From NCBI GenBank assembly GCA_008933615.1, contig WBUR01000003.1:16340-80339 (forward strand): a stretch of DNA of 64,000 nt, read 5' to 3'. Positions 59,153 through 64,000 of the stretch are shown here, piece by piece. Position numbers and translations under genes: made by a program. Each line of letters begins with the position of its first letter. Positions within the stretch are counted from its first letter, which is position 1. Source of the DNA: a bacterium. GTDB taxonomy: Bacteria; CLD3; SB21. The notes beneath the pieces are model-generated. The model was not told where the DNA came from. It saw only the letters and a program-made list of their open reading frames with translations, and made no database searches.

Positions 59153-60284
59153 GTTCGTTCCAGAGTTTTTCGATGTGTTTGAGTTTTTTCACGGTTTCGT
59201 TGTATGTAAAACTCGTGCCGTAGTGTACACGGTCTTCTTTGGCGTTCATCACGGAGTTATCCGCGAACGCCACCACGTTACCGCCGCGGAGTTTATAAAA
59301 CCAAAGATTATTCATCTCGACGGATTCGTGCAGCAGGATATCGTCAAACTGTTTGATCTGCGGATATCCCCATTTGATCTGGATCTTTTTCATCGCTTCG
59401 TTGAATCGAGGCAGGCGCTGTTCATATTTTTTGTGATTCTTTTCGAGGAAACGTTTGAAATTGGTTGTGAATTCCTTCAACACCTCTTTGCGATTGGGCG
59501 AAAGGTACATGATCTCCAGTTTTTCAAAATGTCCTTCCCATAAAAAGCTGTGATCGAAAAAATCAAAATTGGAATTATCCGTGAACATACGGTGGTCACG
59601 AATGGTGCCGACAATGTGCGTGATGCGCGACCGGTTTTTCTCTTCCCATTTCGCCAATTCATTGGGTGAAATGCGCGGGACGTAGCCTTGTAAATTTTCA
59701 AGCAGGTCTAACGAAAGATCGAGGTAAAACGGCGGCGTGGAACTCAACAATGATTTAACGTGGCTGTCGAGCAGTCCTTCCTGGTCAATAACCGTCGGCC
59801 GCGGCGTGGTAAGAAAGTTTTCCAGCTCGTTGTCAATATGCCGCGCTTTGATCTCGTCGCCGACGACGCTGGACTCTTCCGATTTGATAATCGGCCAAAG
59901 CGGATCAAATTTTTCAAAGAGATCATGTAGTTCCGCGTCGGCCTCGCCGAGCAGTTTGGACATGGCGCGCATGTCATCAATGGAATCGATGCCGGATTCC
60001 ATCACCTGAATCGCAACCATGATCTTGCAAAGGGGATCGAGTTCGATTCTTTCAAAACTCTTGATTACCAGCACGGCTTTTCCGGGCTGCAGAACGGCCG
60101 AGCCCGCTTCGACCATGCGGTAGGATGAACCGCCTAAGCCTAATTTGGACGCAACTTCATCGGAAGAGAGTACCATAAAATTTCTCATCCGCTGCAAGAC
60201 TAATCCCAATGCCTGCATAAGCGGATTTTTGAAAACCCTCTTAAGAGCTTCCAATTCTTTAGCGGAGGTCTTTGATCGATTCAC
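59139..60284 (-). CDS. HTH (XRE-like) domain protein with large uncharacterised C-terminal domain; first gene of the CDPS operon
   Basis: N-terminal LSSDEVASKLGLGGSSYRMVEAG helix-turn-helix. About 300 further residues with no motif I recognise. GTG start. Its last 14 nt overlap the CDPS start. Confidence 0.45.
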   Translation of the reverse strand: MNRSKTSAKELEALKRVFKNPLMQALGLVLQRMRNFMVLSSDEVASKLGLGGSSYRMVEAGSAVLQPGKAVLVIKSFERIELDPLCKIMVAIQVMESGIDSIDDMRAMSKLLGEADAELHDLFEKFDPLWPIIKSEESSVVGDEIKARHIDNELENFLTTPRPTVIDQEGLLDSHVKSLLSSTPPFYLDLSLDLLENLQGYVPRISPNELAKWEEKNRSRITHIVGTIRDHRMFTDNSNFDFFDHSFLWEGHFEKLEIMYLSPNRKEVLKEFTTNFKRFLEKNHKKYEQRLPRFNEAMKKIQIKWGYPQIKQFDDILLHESVEMNNLWFYKLRGGNVVAFADNSVMNAKEDRVHYGTSFTYNETVKKLKHIEKLWNELDNK

Positions 60285-60386
60285 GATGACTTTTAAAGTT
60301 ATATTTAATAATGATTTAGTTTTACTATTTTAACGCTTTAACATAGTCAAATATAACAAAAAAGTCAAAAAAATAAAACATCAATA

Positions 60387-60414
60387 TTGACTTAAATAAA
60401 AGTTGCCGTATATT
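60387..60414 (+). promoter_or_regulatory. sigma70-like promoter candidate (TTGACT-16 nt-TATATT) for the downstream TPR/GWxTD gene
   Basis: TTGACT at about 60387-60392 and TATATT at about 60409-60414, roughly 67 nt upstream of ATG 60481. It lies in an AT-rich region between divergent genes. Confidence 0.35.
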
Positions 60415-60480
60415 GAAAGGCAAGTATTACGGAATCACATCATCTACCCAAAATGTAGCGGTCCGCAAAATCGGGTTCGT

Positions 60481-62646
60481 ATGAAAAATTTTTTCCCATT
60501 TTTATTTTTTGTATCCCTTTGCTTCCAACTATCTTCCGTATTTTCGCAATCCCCAAAACCTCTCGATCTTAAAGACAGCATTAAAATTCTCAGGAAAGAA
60601 CTAAAAAGTAATCCCGACGGCTCGCGCCTGCGTTTCGAACTGGCGAAATTATATCTTTCTGACGACGAATACGGCGGGATCATCGATCTATACGAAAAAA
60701 AATTCGATAAGAAAGAATGCACTGCCGCAGAATATAAAATGTACGCCGTTGCGCGGATCAGAAATTATGAAAAAATGGTTATCACCGGCAAAATACTATC
60801 CAAAATACCGATCGCATCCATGTTTCATTCCGATTTGTCCGACGCGGGAAAAGCCTTGGACCTAGTTCTGCAACAGGACTCTGCAGACCTTGAGGCTAAA
60901 TTCTTTAAAGGCGTTTTACGCTGCGTAAACGGAAAAGAAACTGAAGCGGAAAATATATTTCGGGAGATCATTACAGCCGATCCTTATTTTAAGACGTACA
61001 TTTTTTATGATGCGTGGCTGGAACTTGGAGCGCTTTTAAGAAAACAGGAACGATGGAAAGAAGCCAATGAGTTGTTTGAGAAACGAGCCGCTCTCGACAG
61101 CGCAGATACGTGGCCGATGATCCAATTGGCCTTGTCTTACATAGACGTAAAAAAAGATGAAGGCGCCACCCGCGCATTTTACCGGGGATTACGATCCGTT
61201 TCAGATCAAAAGAATATCGAGCAATTGTACTTAGAAGCATTACCGATCGCTACGAAAGAAGAAATTAATGTATGGAAAGTACTGGCCGCTCCCGCGGATC
61301 AACTCCAATTTCTACAGACATTCTGGAAAAGCCGCGATCCAAATCTCGTCGATGCTGTGAATGAACGATTGGTCGAACATTACCGCCGTGTGCAGCATGC
61401 GCGCACATATTACAAAAAAATTCGCTCGCCGTACTTCGATGACCGCGGATTAGTTTACATCAAAATGGGCCCGCCTGACAAATACTTTACAGGAGTCAAT
61501 GACGCGTCCTGGGTGTACGAAAGCACGAATGAACATTTCGATTTTGTTGATGTAGGGCATGGCACGTACGAGATCCGGCCTTTATCTGATGCGGTACCTC
61601 TTGCAGGGAGCGCGCAGGAGCGGTTCGCTGCCTTGTACAATCTTCTGGATGCGCGTAGAAATTACCATACCGACTACGAACGCCTGGCCAACCGGATGAA
61701 AGGCGCCGAAAATAGTATTTCAGTTGAGCGTAACGCACAGCAGGTGCTTGGCGTTTATCAAAGCAATCTGAATATAATCGAACAACAATTGAATACCATT
61801 ACACTGAGTAAGCCTGTAAACGAAAAATTCGATTTCAACACCGGCGCACAGCCCTTGCAAATCAACGCAAACTTCGCCTCTTTCAAAAGTACCAATTCTT
61901 CTCGCCTGGACTTTTATTATATGATTCCCGTTCAGCGGCTGAAATTCATGCCGGTCGAGAACGTTTATGATAAATCTTTTCTCACCGTGAAAGCGAAAAT
62001 ATTCGACACTACGTATCAGGAAATTAATTATCTCGAAAGAGACTACCGTATCACCAGCGTGGATTCCACGTTGCAATCGGAATATTACATAATTGACGAA
62101 CTGCGCAGCCTGCTTAAGCCCGGTAATTATCTGCTGGCACTAGACATTCGTAACAATCTGAATGAAAAGATAGGAATTTACAAAATCAAGCTTCGCGTCC
62201 GAGATTATTCTTCCAGACAACTCACGATCAGCGACATTGAACTATCCTCCTCGGTGAGTCAGCAGGTAATCATTGACAAGTTCATCAAACCCGATACGAA
62301 ATTGCGCGTCGTTCCAAACCCCGCGGGTTTGAGCCCAAAATCGAAACCGCTGACCATTTATTATGAAATCTATAATCTGACGTTGGATAATGAAGGGATG
62401 AGTTCGTACGAAGTATCTTATACGATAGACACCAAATCCAAGAAGAATTTTTTTGCAAAACTCTTTTCAGGCAACTCGAGTATCAGTTCTACGACGCTCA
62501 AGACCGGCGCATCAACTCTTGAAAGAGAATACATTGCGTTCGATATCAGCGAATTGCCGGAAGGGAAAGCTTTCCTAAGCGTGAAAGTAACCGATCAATT
62601 AAGCAATAAATCAGCAGTATCCTCAATCGAACTGAAAATAAAATAA
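60481..62646 (+). CDS. secreted TPR-repeat protein with GWxTD-like domain
   Basis: Signal peptide MKNFFPFLFFVSLCFQLSSVFSQ (the track ORF starts at 60403). TPR-like N-terminal half. Segment DRGLVYIKMGPPDKYF...ASWVYE matches the GWxTD domain pattern as I recall it. Confidence 0.5.
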   Translation: MKNFFPFLFFVSLCFQLSSVFSQSPKPLDLKDSIKILRKELKSNPDGSRLRFELAKLYLSDDEYGGIIDLYEKKFDKKECTAAEYKMYAVARIRNYEKMVITGKILSKIPIASMFHSDLSDAGKALDLVLQQDSADLEAKFFKGVLRCVNGKETEAENIFREIITADPYFKTYIFYDAWLELGALLRKQERWKEANELFEKRAALDSADTWPMIQLALSYIDVKKDEGATRAFYRGLRSVSDQKNIEQLYLEALPIATKEEINVWKVLAAPADQLQFLQTFWKSRDPNLVDAVNERLVEHYRRVQHARTYYKKIRSPYFDDRGLVYIKMGPPDKYFTGVNDASWVYESTNEHFDFVDVGHGTYEIRPLSDAVPLAGSAQERFAALYNLLDARRNYHTDYERLANRMKGAENSISVERNAQQVLGVYQSNLNIIEQQLNTITLSKPVNEKFDFNTGAQPLQINANFASFKSTNSSRLDFYYMIPVQRLKFMPVENVYDKSFLTVKAKIFDTTYQEINYLERDYRITSVDSTLQSEYYIIDELRSLLKPGNYLLALDIRNNLNEKIGIYKIKLRVRDYSSRQLTISDIELSSSVSQQVIIDKFIKPDTKLRVVPNPAGLSPKSKPLTIYYEIYNLTLDNEGMSSYEVSYTIDTKSKKNFFAKLFSGNSSISSTTLKTGASTLEREYIAFDISELPEGKAFLSVKVTDQLSNKSAVSSIELKIK

Positions 62647-62861
62647 ATCGAGCGTTGTCGCCAACAAAGTTATTTGCACATCAAGGCGATTGTACATACC
62701 AATTCCCAAATCGTTAAAAGACCTTGATATATCCCTCATAGTTCAGTACCATTATTCCTAGAATTTATTTCTATCCATTGTTGATACCGGTAAGCTGTTG
62801 GGTTCATCGTTAGCTCAGAAAATAAAAGGTTAGTGAAGGCTCGGTGGTCGATTTGAATAAG

Positions 62862-63809
62862 ATGTCTGACACCATATCAAGACTTTCGTGTTGGCTGATG
62901 GTATACGTTTGTGCGGGGCTAATTTCCGGATGTTCGGTGAAAACCATGGCTGTGAATTCTATAGCCGACGCCCTCAGTGAGGGTAATGCCGGCGTCTATG
63001 CGACGGATGACGATCCGGAGTTGGTCGGCGACGCGCTGCCGTTTGCCCTCAAGACGATGGAATCTCTTTTAGAAGCCACACCGCGGCACAAAAAACTGCT
63101 TATCGCCACTGCTTCCGGTTTTGTTTTGTATGCGCACGCGTACATCGTACGTCCGGCAGATGCGATGGAGTCGACCCATTTCGATGTTGCACGTGAACAG
63201 CGCGCGCGCGCCAAACGATTGTTCCTTCGGGCGCGAGGCTACGGACTGCGGGCGCTCGAACTTAACTATCCGTCCATTTCCGACTCGTTATTAAACAACC
63301 GGGTTTCGATATTGTCCAATTGCCGGAAGGAAGACGTCCCAGCCCTGTATTGGACTGCGGCCGCATGGGGCTCGGCCATTTCCGTAGCTAAGAGTGACAT
63401 GGTTCTGGTGAGTAATTTCCCCGTTGCCGCGGCCATGATGGAACGAGCCTTGCAGCTTGACGAGGCGTGGGGTCAGGGCGCCATTCACGAGTTTTTTATT
63501 ATCTTGTCTGCGGGAAAGTCGGAATCGGAAGGCGGCGGAATCAAGCAGGCAGAACGCCATTTTAACAGAGCAATGGAACTTAATGGCGGACGATCCATCA
63601 GTCCGTTAGTTACCATGGCAGAATCCGTTTGCGTATTGAAGCAGGATCGAATAAAGTTTGAACAGTTATTGAAACAAGCGCTGGAATTTGACGTCCATCG
63701 GTATCCCGAAAACCGGCTGGCGAATATATTCGCTCAGCGTAAGGCGCAAAATCTAATGCTCAATATTGACAATCTCTTTTTTGCAGATGGCGATGGATCA
63801 GAAAGATAG
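62862..63809 (+). CDS. TatT-like TPR lipoprotein (TRAP transporter T-component)
   Basis: Lipobox LISGCS. N-terminal MAVNSIADALSEG...DDDPELVGDALPFALKTMESLL resembles the TatT family. It is followed by a DctP-like gene. The track ORF starts at 62844. Confidence 0.5.
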   Translation: MSDTISRLSCWLMVYVCAGLISGCSVKTMAVNSIADALSEGNAGVYATDDDPELVGDALPFALKTMESLLEATPRHKKLLIATASGFVLYAHAYIVRPADAMESTHFDVAREQRARAKRLFLRARGYGLRALELNYPSISDSLLNNRVSILSNCRKEDVPALYWTAAAWGSAISVAKSDMVLVSNFPVAAAMMERALQLDEAWGQGAIHEFFIILSAGKSESEGGGIKQAERHFNRAMELNGGRSISPLVTMAESVCVLKQDRIKFEQLLKQALEFDVHRYPENRLANIFAQRKAQNLMLNIDNLFFADGDGSER

Positions 63810-63861
63810 TTTTGAATAAGAATTCTGATAATTTATGTAACCAACGCGAGGAGCATATCCC

Positions 63862-64000
63862 ATGATTTTCGGTATTATTCGGCCGGTTGTAATCTATTTA
63901 TTTCTCCAGATATTTTGCACGGTTTCCATGTTTACAATGGATTCCGCGGAATACGAAAGCTCACGATCTGTCGTGATAAAGATGGCGACGCTGGCCCCCA
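63862..64000 (+). CDS. TRAP transporter substrate-binding protein (DctP family), 5-prime partial
   Basis: Signal-peptide-like start followed by SRSVVIKMATLAP, typical of the DctP N-terminus. The gene runs off the window end. Confidence 0.45.
   Translation, partial: MIFGIIRPVVIYLFLQIFCTVSMFTMDSAEYESSRSVVIKMATLAP

Noticed and set aside
59139-60284. Possibility that the first operon gene is a tRNA-guanine transglycosylase/DpdA-like enzyme (given the tRNA theme)
   Set aside because: None of the TGT zinc-binding or catalytic Asp motifs are present. Only an N-terminal XRE-like HTH is recognisable.
1-64000. tRNA, rRNA, CRISPR arrays, IS elements or integrases
   Set aside because: No T-loop-like GTTCGANTC cores were found in the intergenic gaps. 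There are no regularly spaced direct repeats and no transposase- or integrase-like ORFs. The only repeat structures are the palindrome at about 28.96-29.10 kb and the LytTR remnant.

Overview
The 64-kb window reads as chromosomal DNA from a Gram-negative bacterium. A T9SS/Por C-terminal sorting domain, a GWxTD protein, a TatT-DctP TRAP transporter, fbaB and a tricorn protease point to the Bacteroidetes/Ignavibacteria-like FCB group. The first 20 kb is a respiratory complex I (nuo) operon in the order nuoA-C-D-E-F-[lipoprotein]-G-H-I-J-K-L-M-[alpha/beta hydrolase]-[TPR-ClpA-like AAA+ ATPase]-N. nuoB is not in its usual place between nuoA and nuoC. Housekeeping genes follow: ddl, a crotonase, an EF-G paralogue, glsA, rluD, fbaB, xseA and truA. 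They are mixed with envelope and secreted proteins: a cadherin-like T9SS adhesin, outer-membrane beta-barrels, LolA-like and tricorn proteins. There is also a LiaF-like/LytS/LytTR signalling module, a membrane-anchored AraC regulator with two amidohydrolases, and the start of a TRAP transporter. The most unusual locus is a tightly coupled minus-strand operon at 55.7-60.3 kb. It contains a gene with clear cyclodipeptide synthase (CDPS, AlbC-like) signatures. Upstream of it is an HTH-domain protein, and downstream are a sodium:solute symporter, a CxxCxxCC (YkgJ-type) metal-binding protein and truA. I do not recognise this context as a described CDPS cluster. Other points of interest are the TPR-ClpA-like unfoldase and hydrolase inserted between nuoM and nuoN, and a radical SAM/SPASM enzyme preceded by small hydrophobic ORFs. 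Also notable are a HIRAN-domain protein, a roughly 138-nt imperfect palindrome upstream of rluD, and a 3-prime remnant of a second LytTR regulator gene. No rRNA, tRNA, CRISPR array or transposase was recognised. Coordinates that I counted by hand, rather than took from the ORF track, may be off by 1-2 nt.
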